NCBI GenBank assembly: GCA_965219535.1
Contig: CBDCNV010000002.1
Coordinates: 2,070,001-2,102,000 of the forward strand
Reading direction: 5' to 3'
Length of the DNA stretch: 32,000 nucleotides
From: Opitutales bacterium
GTDB lineage: Bacteria; Verrucomicrobiota; Verrucomicrobiia; Opitutales; PNEW01
Below are positions 8,426 to 17,544 of the stretch, piece after piece. A program made the position numbers and the translations under genes. The stretch's first letter is position 1. Each line of letters opens with the position of its first letter. The notes beneath the pieces are model-generated. The model worked only from the letters and a program-made list of their open reading frames with translations. It did no database searches and was not told the origin of the DNA.

Positions 8426-9196
8426 TTAACCGCTGATTTTCGAGAAATTCAGGGGTGAGTAGGAAATAGATCCCTGATTTACGCAATCACGGTCAGTTAG
8501 TTTTCCTGAAGTGTTGAGACGTTTACTTAGATCAAAGTTAAATTGATAATTATCCTCACCAATATGTCTGAATAAACCACCGATTTTTCGACCGTCCGGG
8601 ATTGTATGTTCGATAGGGGTACCGTTTGTGACCGGATAGGGGAAGTTTACATTGTGTACAATGATATCCTCTGGTGTTTTACTGGCGTGTTCAATTGTGA
8701 ATTGTGTAGAAATCGATGCAGCCGTTCGTAATGAGGTTTCAAATTCTTTATCCACATGGCCGTTCTGCTCTTTTACACTATTAAATATTATTTTCGGTAC
8801 AACGATTGAAAACGCAAATGCCGGTAACCCCCACAGTGCGCCCTCACTCGCTCCTGCAATCGTTCCCGAACACATAACTAAGGGTAGTGATGTATTATAA
8901 CCGACATTAATTCCTGAAACGACTACATCGGGCTTTTCGTCAAGCAAGTTACTAAGGGCAATATTGACGCAATCACTCGGAGTCCCATCAATTGACCACG
9001 CTGGACAATTCAAACCTTCAAACTTTTCGACCTTTACCGTTCGGTAACGGCTCATTGATTTACTCACCCAGCTTTGTTCCATTTTCGGTGCTGCAACGAC
9101 CACCGCAAAGTGTTCTTTCAACGCTTCTACCAATACTTGAAGGAAAAAACAGCCTATTCCGTCATCATTTGTAACGAGAACTCCAGGTTTTTTCAT
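8426..9196 (-). CDS. surE: 5'/3'-nucleotidase SurE
   Basis: The 256 aa ORF has the N-terminal VLVTNDDGIG motif, SGINVGYNTS and CSGTIAGASEG, which are canonical SurE family motifs. Confidence 0.85.
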   Translation of the reverse strand: MKKPGVLVTNDDGIGCFFLQVLVEALKEHFAVVVAAPKMEQSWVSKSMSRYRTVKVEKFEGLNCPAWSIDGTPSDCVNIALSNLLDEKPDVVVSGINVGYNTSLPLVMCSGTIAGASEGALWGLPAFAFSIVVPKIIFNSVKEQNGHVDKEFETSLRTAASISTQFTIEHASKTPEDIIVHNVNFPYPVTNGTPIEHTIPDGRKIGGLFRHIGEDNYQFNFDLSKRLNTSGKLTDRDCVNQGSISYSPLNFSKISG

Positions 9197-9417
9197 TTAC
9201 TATGATAAGAGATAGAATTCGGTAAAAGATGACGATGGATTTATTCTACCGGATCTCGTATAAAAATTAAAAAGTGTTGTCCCTGGTGCTATGGATTAAA
9301 CTATTTTATAAATTGTGATCAGGTAGCGGTATACGTCCCGCGAAATCCAAATTATTCAGTGACAAGTGTAGAAGAGGCTATATGGAGTTATCTCTTGAGA
9401 GAGATTAGACTTTATCT

Positions 9418-11652
9418 CTATCTCGCTGGACGGTGGTCTCTATTTCCGCGACCATCGCGGCGTTCTCGGTTACCCTGTCGTGGACGACGATCCGAACTTC
9501 GTTGCGGTCTTTCTTCGACTGTTCTTCCTTCCCGTTCGGCCATAGCAATACGTCGACTTAAGCGGATACGACCTTTATCATCGGTTTCAATACATTTGAC
9601 CCACATCTCATCACCCATTTTGCAGATATCCTCTGGTTTTTCGACGCGGAAGTCAGCCAGTTCTGATATGTGGACAAGACCTTCTTTCCCGGGTAAACAC
9701 TCAACAAATACGCCAAATTCTTTAATCCCACGAACAGTCCCTCGATAAATTTTATCAACTTCAATATCTGCGGTCGAAAGTTCAATTTCTTCTATCGCAC
9801 GCTCCATCGATTGTTTATTATTCGAGTAAACTAAAATTTTTCCGCTATTGTCTTCATTAATGTCGATCCCCGCTCCGCTTACTTCTGTAATGCGCCGAAT
9901 ATTTCTGCCTCCCGGGCCGATGAGGGCGCCAATCTTTTCCGGATCAATTTGCAACTGGTGAATTCGCGGTGCATGTTCATTGAGATCTGGGCGTGGTTCA
10001 GCTAGTTCTCCAGACATAATTTCGAGAATATCCAATAGTGCTTTCCGGTTGAGCGCGACTGCTTCCTTGGCAATTTCAAAGGGAAGACCTTTAATCTTAA
10101 GATCCAGTTGAAATCCGGTAATACCTTTTTTTGTGCCGCATATTTTGAAATCCATATCGCCGAAATGATCTTCACTGCCCAGGATATCCGTAAGCACGAC
10201 ATGTTTTATAATTTCGCCGGAATCATCCGTTTTTGTAACCAAACCTACAGAAATACCGGCTACCATGTCAGTAATTGGAACACCGGCATCCATCAAGGCA
10301 ATACAGCCGCCACAAACGGATGCCATGGAACTGGAACCGTTGGATTCCATTATATCGGAAGTCAGACGTACCGTGTAAGGAAAATCATCTTCAGAGGGGA
10401 TGACGGGTAGCAATGAGCTCTCTGCAAGTGCACCATGGCCGATTTCTCGACGACCCGGTCCAGAAAATCGTCCTGTTTCGCCAACGGAGTAGGGCGGGAA
10501 ATTATAGTGTAAGATGAAAGACTTTGAGCTCGATCCACCCGTAAGTCCGTCCATGTCTTGGGCATCTCCGGAAGTTCCTAAAGTTGCAATAACAATATTC
10601 TGGGTTTCACCACGTTGAAAAAAGGCCGATCCATGGACGCGTGGCAATATTCCCGCCTGGCATTCTATGGCACGTATATCTTGCAGATTGCGCCCATCAG
10701 CGCGTTTCCCATTTTCCAGGATATTTTCTCGATAAACGTCTTCCTGTAGTATTTCGAAAGCGAGACGCACCTGGTTGGGATCAAAATTCTCCTCTCCTTC
10801 CTTTTCTTGTACTTTTAAGCTCGTTTCCTCCATGATCGCCTTGACCGCATCATCGCGATCCTGCTTTTGCTCACTGAATACCGCATCGGTTAAACGATCG
10901 CCTACAGAGTCCTGGATGAATGTGAATAATTCAGGTTTGCAGGTGTGAAGCTCAAACTCTTTTTTGGTTTTCCCCGCCGCCGCGTGTAATTTTTTTTGCG
11001 CCTCAATTATTTTTTTAACATTCTCGTGCGCAAATTCAAGGGCTTCAAGGAACCGTTCATCTGATATCTGATCAGCGCTTCCCTCGATCATCATCATTTC
11101 ATTTTCATTGCCGACATAAATGAGATCGAGAGAGGACTGAAATTGTTGTTCGTGAGATGGGTTTACAATAAATTCTCCCTCCACTTCGCCGACGCGTACA
11201 CAACCAATAGGACCGTCCCAAGGTATATCAGAGATCATCAATGCTGCTGAAGCGCCATTCACCATTAGAATATCCGATTCATTAACTAAATCGGTCGTAA
11301 GCAGCATACCGATAACCTGTACTTCATTGAGAAATCCCTTGGGGAATAGGGGACGAAGTGGGCGATCACATAATCGTGAGGTAAGTGTTTCTTTTTCCGA
11401 AGGGCGTCCTTCTCGTTTAAAAAACCCTCCAGGAAAACGTCCCGCCGCGGAAAACTTTTCTCGGTAATCGACGGTCAGGGGAAAAAAATCTTGATCTGGA
11501 AAGCGGAGTCCAGAGGCCGCAGTGGCGGCGACGAAAACCATTGTTTCACCTAATTGAATGGTGATAGCTCCATTAGCTTGTTTTGCCAAGGTACCGGTTT
11601 CAATAGTAATGCCGAGGTCATCGACAGTTACTGAATGTTTCTGTTTTAACAT
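9418..11652 (-). CDS. pnp: Polyribonucleotide nucleotidyltransferase (PNPase) with an Arg-rich C-terminal tail
   Basis: The 744 aa ORF has two RNase PH-like domains, KH ([18 protein letters not shown]) and S1 ([31 protein letters not shown]) domains. It sits immediately downstream of rpsO, as in the classical operon. Confidence 0.95.
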   Translation of the reverse strand: MLKQKHSVTVDDLGITIETGTLAKQANGAITIQLGETMVFVAATAASGLRFPDQDFFPLTVDYREKFSAAGRFPGGFFKREGRPSEKETLTSRLCDRPLRPLFPKGFLNEVQVIGMLLTTDLVNESDILMVNGASAALMISDIPWDGPIGCVRVGEVEGEFIVNPSHEQQFQSSLDLIYVGNENEMMMIEGSADQISDERFLEALEFAHENVKKIIEAQKKLHAAAGKTKKEFELHTCKPELFTFIQDSVGDRLTDAVFSEQKQDRDDAVKAIMEETSLKVQEKEGEENFDPNQVRLAFEILQEDVYRENILENGKRADGRNLQDIRAIECQAGILPRVHGSAFFQRGETQNIVIATLGTSGDAQDMDGLTGGSSSKSFILHYNFPPYSVGETGRFSGPGRREIGHGALAESSLLPVIPSEDDFPYTVRLTSDIMESNGSSSMASVCGGCIALMDAGVPITDMVAGISVGLVTKTDDSGEIIKHVVLTDILGSEDHFGDMDFKICGTKKGITGFQLDLKIKGLPFEIAKEAVALNRKALLDILEIMSGELAEPRPDLNEHAPRIHQLQIDPEKIGALIGPGGRNIRRITEVSGAGIDINEDNSGKILVYSNNKQSMERAIEEIELSTADIEVDKIYRGTVRGIKEFGVFVECLPGKEGLVHISELADFRVEKPEDICKMGDEMWVKCIETDDKGRIRLSRRIAMAEREGRTVEERPQRSSDRRPRQGNRERRDGRGNRDHRPAR

Positions 11653-11858
11653 CTTAATCCTTTATTTCTCTTTTTCTTTAAATTCCACGTAGTAGTCAGA
11701 ATTTTGACTTTATTAATAAAATCTTCTTAAATTTATTTGTCCCTGCAGAAGTATTGCCGTTGCTTTTAAACGAAATAGTGATGGTTTTACCTGGCTAATG
11801 CCACCGTGTGTTGACCGACACTTTAATGTGCGGTGAGGGTGAAAATTACCGGCAAGCC

Positions 11859-12125
11859 TTATCTGCGCAATTTCAGGCGCTGCAATAGCTCGTTATATTT
11901 TGTGAGGTCGTGTCGCTTAACGTAATCGAGCAACTTCCGCCGCCGGCTCGTCATCCCGATCAGCCCGCGACGTGAGTGAAAATCTTTACGATGCGTCCTC
12001 AGGTGATCGGTCAGGTGATTTATCCGGGATGTGAGGAGTGCTATTTGCACCTCGCTCGATCCTGTGTCCTTGTCATGTACTCGGTAATCGCTTATTATGT
12101 TCGTCTTATCAATCGTTTCTGTCAT
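11859..12125 (-). CDS. rpsO: 30S ribosomal protein S15
   Basis: From the ATG at 12125 the product is [71 protein letters not shown]... (88 aa), a full-length S15. The ORF-track start at 12230 adds 35 non-homologous residues. Confidence 0.93.
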   Translation of the reverse strand: MTETIDKTNIISDYRVHDKDTGSSEVQIALLTSRINHLTDHLRTHRKDFHSRRGLIGMTSRRRKLLDYVKRHDLTKYNELLQRLKLRR

Positions 12126-12350
12126 TATTTTCTTTCTTTTCACAACTTTAGGGACGAGCGTTTTCTTCGTCCGTGAATCCAGCAGAAGCCGGAAACACCG
12201 TTTCAGCCCGACAATATTATTACCGGACAAGTCGCGGAAAAGACTGTGTATACAGCGCTTTTCTCAACGCAAGGGATTAAGAAAATGGCTGTATAGCTAT
12301 CCATTGCAAGCTTTTATTTGTTCGTCAGGGATTGCATTTTCATACCATTC

Positions 12351-12434
12351 AGCTTCGTCTTCGTCCACGTCTGCCTCTTCGTCCTCTTTTATTTTATAAC
12401 CCCTTCGCAAATATCCCCCGAGACGAAGACGAAG
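12351..12434 (+). repeat. Palindromic intergenic element with 13-bp perfect terminal inverted repeats (best-preserved family member)
   Basis: cttcgtcttcgtc (12353-12365) is the exact reverse complement of gacgaagacgaag (12422-12434), with a 56-nt spacer. It lies between the dciA-like stop codon and the rpsO upstream region. It is similar to copies at 21024, 21124 and 6815-6906 (reverse complement) and, degenerately, to 6524. Confidence 0.85.
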
Positions 12435-12455
12435 ATAATGTCACCCACCAAGCTA

Positions 12456-12878
12456 TCAACCGGCTTTAAAAATTATGCCATTAATATTTTCGCACCCGTC
12501 TATTTTCCTGATTCGTTTGAGAATATCATTTTTGCGGAATGTTAATTCCTGACGTAAAATTGGGTTGGAAACAGCAATGATCAAACGATTTTCCTTATCC
12601 AAGCGTTGAGGCCGGCACCGGTCAGCATGGGCTCCACCCATAATGTTACGCCAATGAGTAATGAGATTTTCTTCAAGGCGAAGTTCACCGATTTTGTATT
12701 CCTCAATTAATGTTTTAACCAGGGAATCCATTTTGAAAGCAGGTCGATCAGTGGATTTATCAAAATTCTCCGGCAAGGAACGGAAATTCGCGATCAGGTT
12801 TTCTACATAGCGTGGGAATTTCATCGAAAACAGACCGGTATATTCAGGATCGGTTTGGTAAGAGTGAGAGTAATTCAT
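12456..12878 (-). CDS. DUF721 / DciA-like protein (putative replicative helicase loader/operator)
   Basis: The C-terminal half, ITHWRNIMGGAHADRCRPQRLDKENRLIIAVSNPILRQELTFRKNDILKRIRKI...IIFKAG, fits the DUF721 pattern (W..ivG...a.h..P..l..g.L.i.v.s..w.qeL.f.k..il.kl). The start is uncertain. ATG 12878 overlaps the upstream HAD gene by 35 nt, and an alternative ATG at 12824 avoids the overlap. Confidence 0.65.
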   Translation of the reverse strand: MNYSHSYQTDPEYTGLFSMKFPRYVENLIANFRSLPENFDKSTDRPAFKMDSLVKTLIEEYKIGELRLEENLITHWRNIMGGAHADRCRPQRLDKENRLIIAVSNPILRQELTFRKNDILKRIRKIDGCENINGIIFKAG

Positions 12879-13542
12879 CTAGACGGGTAATGCGATAATA
12901 GCCTGGATTTTGATTTTCAGGATCAAGAATCAGTGCATTCCAGCCGGCATTGATTGCTCCATCAGCATCGCGTAGAGGATTATCACCAATATGAAGTAGA
13001 TTTGTAGGTTGGAGCCCCATCTTCATTTCAACATGAGAAAAGATTCGGCGATCGGGTTTCTCGAAACCAATTTCACTCGAAATAAAAATAGACTCAAATA
13101 ATAAATCCAATCCAATTTCTGTGCTTAAGCTACGGATTCGCTTATCCCAATTAGTTAACAGCGCCAGTCTATAGCCGCGTGATTTCAAAGATTGAAGCGT
13201 AGGCAATGCGTCTTCCGAAAGATTCCATCGTTTAGCTAAGGTAAATGTTTCGTAGAGATCTTTAAAGATTAGTTCAAAATCTTTATTTTTACAATAGCGT
13301 CCGACCGTTTGCCAAACGATGTTTCGCCAGTATTCAAATTCCGTGTCTTCGCTGAGATTTTCACGCGTCGTTTCTTGAGCGCGGGCAAATGCAACTTTAA
13401 AAAGTGCATTGAGTGCCATCGGTTGAATCGTGACACGATGATTTGAAAGTACATCGGCATAGATGGCACCAACGGAAGGGTGGGGCGTCAAAAGCGTTCC
13501 CGCGGCATCGAAAGTGATACCTGTTATCGCCGTTATATCCAT
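12844..13542 (-). CDS. HAD-superfamily hydrolase, subfamily IA
   Basis: Motif I is FDAAGTLL, motif II LLTNW, and motif III/IV K...HIGDNPLRDADGAINAGW. The product is 232 aa. Confidence 0.8.
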   Translation of the reverse strand: MDITAITGITFDAAGTLLTPHPSVGAIYADVLSNHRVTIQPMALNALFKVAFARAQETTRENLSEDTEFEYWRNIVWQTVGRYCKNKDFELIFKDLYETFTLAKRWNLSEDALPTLQSLKSRGYRLALLTNWDKRIRSLSTEIGLDLLFESIFISSEIGFEKPDRRIFSHVEMKMGLQPTNLLHIGDNPLRDADGAINAGWNALILDPENQNPGYYRITRLDELLSLLPNRS

Positions 13543-13658
13543 ACTTTTAGCTAATCATAGACCATTGACCTTCGACAATAAAATTTTAGATGCTTTGAAA
13601 GATCCTGACTTTTCTTGACGATCGAACCTGCCGTTTTATTTTTTGAAGTTTATCCATT

Positions 13659-14396
13659 ATGGGCTACCTGCAAAATCTGCAATTTATCTATCGCGCCTGG
13701 CGCTATCGCCTGAAACTGGAGCCTGAGGAAATTTCTTTTATGATAAAATCACTCACTCCAGGTGATACAGCCGTTGATATTGGTGCTCATAAAGGGGCTT
13801 ACACCTACTGGATGCAAAGAGCAGTTGGACGAAAGGGAAGAGTATTTTCGTTTGAGCCGCAACCGAAACTCGCAGCATACCTGGAAGCGATGCGGACTTC
13901 TCTTGGATTAGATCATGTAAGAGTTGAAGAATTGGGGATTTCCTCAAAGATCGGAAACGAGGAGCTTTTTGTCCCGGGTTCCGGGCCATCCCCCAGTGCA
14001 ACTTTGGCTTCCCCCCAAAAGTGTATTCCGGGATCAACTTATGATGTTCGGATTGAATCGCTGGACAATTATTTTAAAGAAAAGGATGTAGGGCCCATTC
14101 GGCTTCTTAAAGTTGACGTCGAGGGTCATGAATTGAACGTTTTTCGTGGCGCGGAGCGAATTCTGTGTGAGGACCATCCGACATTAATTTTCGAATGCGA
14201 AAGCCGTCATCATCCGCAGGATAGTGTTTACACGGTATTCGATTTTCTTGAAGAACTCGGTTTTATAGGGGGATATTATTTTCGAGGGAATTTTCAGCCG
14301 ATAGCACAGTTTAATGAATCTGAGCACCAGGTGTCTAGGAAGTCTCCTTACATTAATAATTTCATTTTCGAACATGGATCTACCCCACGAGGGTAG
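13659..14396 (+). CDS. FkbM-family SAM-dependent methyltransferase
   Basis: DIGAHKGAYTYWM (a G-x-G-like SAM loop) and LLKVDVEGHELNVFRGA are characteristic of FkbM-family methyltransferases. Confidence 0.75.
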   Translation: MGYLQNLQFIYRAWRYRLKLEPEEISFMIKSLTPGDTAVDIGAHKGAYTYWMQRAVGRKGRVFSFEPQPKLAAYLEAMRTSLGLDHVRVEELGISSKIGNEELFVPGSGPSPSATLASPQKCIPGSTYDVRIESLDNYFKEKDVGPIRLLKVDVEGHELNVFRGAERILCEDHPTLIFECESRHHPQDSVYTVFDFLEELGFIGGYYFRGNFQPIAQFNESEHQVSRKSPYINNFIFEHGSTPRG

Positions 14397-14405
14397 AAAA
14401 GTAAA

Positions 14406-15197
14406 TCATCCCGGGTCCGAATTTTCCTTTAGAGATTTATTATGCTCATATAGTTTACTGTAGCGAACAAGCGTATAGAAGGCCATGCTTGCCGCGATAT
14501 AAAATCCAGGAAACCCGTCCAAAAAGCCACATTTTATAAAATACCCTCTCATAAATCGCCACCAGGGTCTCATGACTGTTTGCATGACTGACCAACGCTT
14601 ACCCGCTTCCAATTGCCGTTTTAAAAAAATATCAGAAAAGTAAATTATCTTTTCAATTTGGGCGTTTAAACTCGGATAGGTATAATGATGGAGGTCGCCG
14701 CTGATTTTTTGCGCCACACCGTCGAGTTCGATTTTTTCATGCTCGCTGCCACCGCCCCATCTCGCGTTTCCCGCACGAAAGAGACGTAGACTGTAATCTG
14801 GGTACCAATCACCATGCTTGATCCAGCGTCCCATAAACCATACTTTTCGTGGGAAATAAGCTCCATTAAATGTGGGATTGTCTATTGTTATAAAAGAGAT
14901 GATTGACGCTTTAAGATTTGTTGAAACCTTTTCATCTGCGTCAAGAGATAGAATCCATGGTTGGGTGGCATAATCCAAAGTTAAGTTTTTTTGGTCGCGA
15001 TAGCCCTGCCACTCGTGTTCATGAACCTGGGCATTATAGCCGCGCGCAATGTCCATCGTGCGGTCCGTACAATCGTTAATCACGAGGATGATTTCATTTA
15101 CCCAAGATGCTACGCTATCCAAGCATCTAGCGAGGTTTTCAGCTTCATTGTGCGCAATCAATACGACACTGAGAGGATATTTTTTTTCTTGATTCAT
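14406..15197 (-). CDS. Family 2 glycosyltransferase (LPS-core WaaE/KdtX-like)
   Basis: The N-terminus reads LSVVLIAHNEAENLARCLDSV, with a DxD-type SLDADE motif. Size and layout match small GT2 enzymes found in core-oligosaccharide loci. Confidence 0.75.
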   Translation of the reverse strand: MNQEKKYPLSVVLIAHNEAENLARCLDSVASWVNEIILVINDCTDRTMDIARGYNAQVHEHEWQGYRDQKNLTLDYATQPWILSLDADEKVSTNLKASIISFITIDNPTFNGAYFPRKVWFMGRWIKHGDWYPDYSLRLFRAGNARWGGGSEHEKIELDGVAQKISGDLHHYTYPSLNAQIEKIIYFSDIFLKRQLEAGKRWSVMQTVMRPWWRFMRGYFIKCGFLDGFPGFYIAASMAFYTLVRYSKLYEHNKSLKENSDPG

Positions 15198-15355
15198 AAT
15201 CGACTACTTCAGCCTTCCACTGCGGTAAAAATTAGAATGCACTGTTCGATAATTGTAAATTAATTTTATGATTGATACAGATTCACAGAACATAAAAATG
15301 CGTTATGAGAGATAACACACAGGTGAATTTCAACTGATTAATCGAGAAATGATCA

Positions 15356-16342
15356 ATGGCTAATGCGGATTTAATACATACGCTTCGAGGGGCAGGAGCG
15401 GTTCGCTTCCTGCACAGGATCATTCCCTTAGGGCGTAAATATCATCCGCTATTAGCCTTGTTAAACAAGCGGCAGGGATTAATAGCCGTTCCCTTTGACG
15501 AGTCCTATGTGATTACACCGGCATTGTGGCGAAAACAAATGGCTAATTATTTAACAAGCGGTGCAGATTTTATACCCGAAATAAAACTGATTGAACCTCT
15601 GTGTCGAAAACTGGAAAAAGGGGTAATTCTCGATGTTGGCGCTAATACAGGGCTCTACGTTTTATTATTACGGTCATACTCAAGTCACCCTATTATCGCT
15701 TATGAACCGGATCCTTTTCTTTTCAAACTTTTGAATCAAACGATCAAGTATAATGGCTTAGAAAATATAACGACTAAAAATCTCGCCTGTGCCAATGCAC
15801 GCAGTGAATTGAGTTTTGCGATGAGAATAAACAGTTCAGTAATTGCAGACGGTGTGAGCGGGACAACTCCAGCTGCCAACCCTGTGAGTGAAAATAACTG
15901 GGATCGAGAAGCCTTAGTCTCGCAGGCAGGTGATGCCGTTATTAAGGTGCCGACCGTAATCTTGGATGAAGATCTGGAGGAAGTCCCCTCGATAGCGCTT
16001 ATAAAAATAGATTGTGAAGGTTACGAGTACCATATTCTAAAAGGGGCAAGAAAGTTAATTGAACGGCACCACCCGTTTATTTTTTTAGAGCTTCACCCAA
16101 CGATGCTCAAAAATTTTCAGCATACCCCTGAGGATGTCATCAATTTTTTAAAGCCTTATTACAATTTGCAATATTGGTGTTATCAACACCACTGGCCGAC
16201 CACTAAAATGGGAAGAAGTATTGAGAAATTTAAAAAATCAAAAGCCTACCAATATAATGATGAAAGTGAAATGTTAGCGGATATAAACGCCAATCCTGGC
16301 ATCTCACAAGTCTACCTCGTAGCGAGCCCGAAAGGGAAATGA
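15356..16342 (+). CDS. FkbM-family SAM-dependent methyltransferase (second copy)
   Basis: ILDVGANTGLYVLLL and LIKIDCEGYEYHILKGA motifs are present. The product is 328 aa. Confidence 0.75.
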   Translation: MANADLIHTLRGAGAVRFLHRIIPLGRKYHPLLALLNKRQGLIAVPFDESYVITPALWRKQMANYLTSGADFIPEIKLIEPLCRKLEKGVILDVGANTGLYVLLLRSYSSHPIIAYEPDPFLFKLLNQTIKYNGLENITTKNLACANARSELSFAMRINSSVIADGVSGTTPAANPVSENNWDREALVSQAGDAVIKVPTVILDEDLEEVPSIALIKIDCEGYEYHILKGARKLIERHHPFIFLELHPTMLKNFQHTPEDVINFLKPYYNLQYWCYQHHWPTTKMGRSIEKFKKSKAYQYNDESEMLADINANPGISQVYLVASPKGK

Positions 16343-16389
16343 AGGGATATTAAGGATTATAGTCTTTTAAAAATCTATCCCTTACCCCG

Positions 16390-17409
16390 CTATTTCAATT
16401 CATGGAGGAAATCTGAAATATCAGCTTTAGCTCTCTCAACTGTAATAGCGGTCATATAATCATTGCTTTCAAAAGTTTTAAAAGCTTGATCCAGGTTTCT
16501 ATCGGGCATCGCGATAATTTTATTTTTCACTTTCCATGGGCCGTAGACTCGATCATCGGACATACCATAAAATGCAACCGTAGGACAGCCGCAAGCTGCA
16601 GATAAATGGGTGGTGACCGTATCGACACCGACGTATAATTTAGCGCGGTATAAAAGATAGGCTAATTCAGCGAAAGACATCCCCTTTTCGGAGTAGATAC
16701 ATTGCTCACCCGTCTTTTCCTGTAATAATTTAGCCTGTTCTATTTCCGCTGTATCGCTACTCGTACTGATGACAATAGTGTCAAAGATCTCTAGAAGCCA
16801 AAGTGAAAGTTCGACCCAATTCTCCAATGGCCATTCCTTGCTTTTCCAACGGGTTGCCAGGCGAATTACCACAAAATTTTTATTTATAATTTTTTCGAAT
16901 ACCGGTGCTGCCTTTTCACTCGAGTACTGGAGTTTTGGCGGCGAATCGGGCAGGGGGAAATATTTTTTTACGATCCGGTAGTCTTTTTCAACGGTGTGCG
17001 TCAGCGTTTGATTAAACATCAGTATTTCATCAAAAACTAATTTCCACAGTGAGTTTAGATTGGTATTCGTTCCGTTGGCTACCTTGGTTTTACCTTTGAG
17101 GAAGGAAGTTAACCACCGTGCCCTGCTCTTGTCCGTCAGCTCAAAAATATAATCAAAAGTGTATCTTCTCAATTCTCTGATAATACTGAGGTCAATTAGA
17201 AATGTTTTTATGTTTCGGTTTTCATTTTCAATAGGCGTGTAGGGAATCACGCGATTGATACAGTCACAAGCCTCGAGTATTGCTTCCGAGCCTTTCCTCA
17301 CGACGACAAATATTTCGGCATCCGGAAGGATCTCTTTTACCGCCGATAAAGTCGGTGTCATAAGGAGGGAATCTCCTATATGAAGTAGTTTAATAAATAA
17401 TAATCTCAT
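16390..17409 (-). CDS. Family 9 glycosyltransferase (heptosyltransferase-like)
   Basis: The N-terminus MRLLFIKLLHIGDSLLMTPTLSAVKE and the C-terminal GVDTVTTHLSAACGCPTVAFYG are hallmark GT9 (RfaF/RfaC family) motifs. Confidence 0.8.
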   Translation of the reverse strand: MRLLFIKLLHIGDSLLMTPTLSAVKEILPDAEIFVVVRKGSEAILEACDCINRVIPYTPIENENRNIKTFLIDLSIIRELRRYTFDYIFELTDKSRARWLTSFLKGKTKVANGTNTNLNSLWKLVFDEILMFNQTLTHTVEKDYRIVKKYFPLPDSPPKLQYSSEKAAPVFEKIINKNFVVIRLATRWKSKEWPLENWVELSLWLLEIFDTIVISTSSDTAEIEQAKLLQEKTGEQCIYSEKGMSFAELAYLLYRAKLYVGVDTVTTHLSAACGCPTVAFYGMSDDRVYGPWKVKNKIIAMPDRNLDQAFKTFESNDYMTAITVERAKADISDFLHELK

Positions 17410-17544
17410 TCTCCTTTTCTTTAACTTTTAAAATATTGAATACATTCGGTAAATGTAAACGGGTAAGTTAACGAGTTGAGCTTCTACCATTTTCTCCTTC
17501 AATTGTCTTGTGATATTATTGAATCTCACTACTCTACCGCAAAG

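Noticed and set aside
9359-9748. ORF 9359..9748 (+), and other ORFs overlapping pnp
   Set aside because: This ORF is antisense to the Arg-rich tail codons of pnp, giving an R/S-rich artefact. pnp homology accounts for the whole region.
11653-11858. rpsO-pnp intergenic leader as a defined RNase III autoregulatory hairpin or terminator
   Set aside because: Short complementary segments exist (caccg...cggtg enclosing gtgt/acac and cac/gtg mini-stems around 11805-11840). The stems are weak, and I cannot establish a convincing structure without folding software.
12126-12230. Extended rpsO ORF (123 aa)
   Set aside because: S15 is about 88-89 aa. Homology begins at MTETIDK (ATG 12125), and the 35-aa extension is basic junk from the 5' UTR.
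12097-12545. ORFs 12097..12399 (+) and 12318..12545 (+)
   Set aside because: They run antisense to the rpsO start and the dciA-like end and straight through the palindromic element (giving the SSSSTSASSSS low-complexity stretch). They are most likely spurious.
16343-16382. 7-bp inverted repeat (agggata ... tatccct) between the convergent FkbM and GT9 genes as a terminator
   Set aside because: The 26-nt AT-rich loop and the absence of a U-tract make an intrinsic terminator call unsafe.
17476-17544. TTG start for sppA at 17476, and the TTG start at 19421 for the SufT-like gene
   Set aside because: The downstream ATGs (17545 and 19451) give a proper TM anchor and a proper N-terminus respectively. 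The 19421 TTG falls between the predicted -35 and -10 hexamers.
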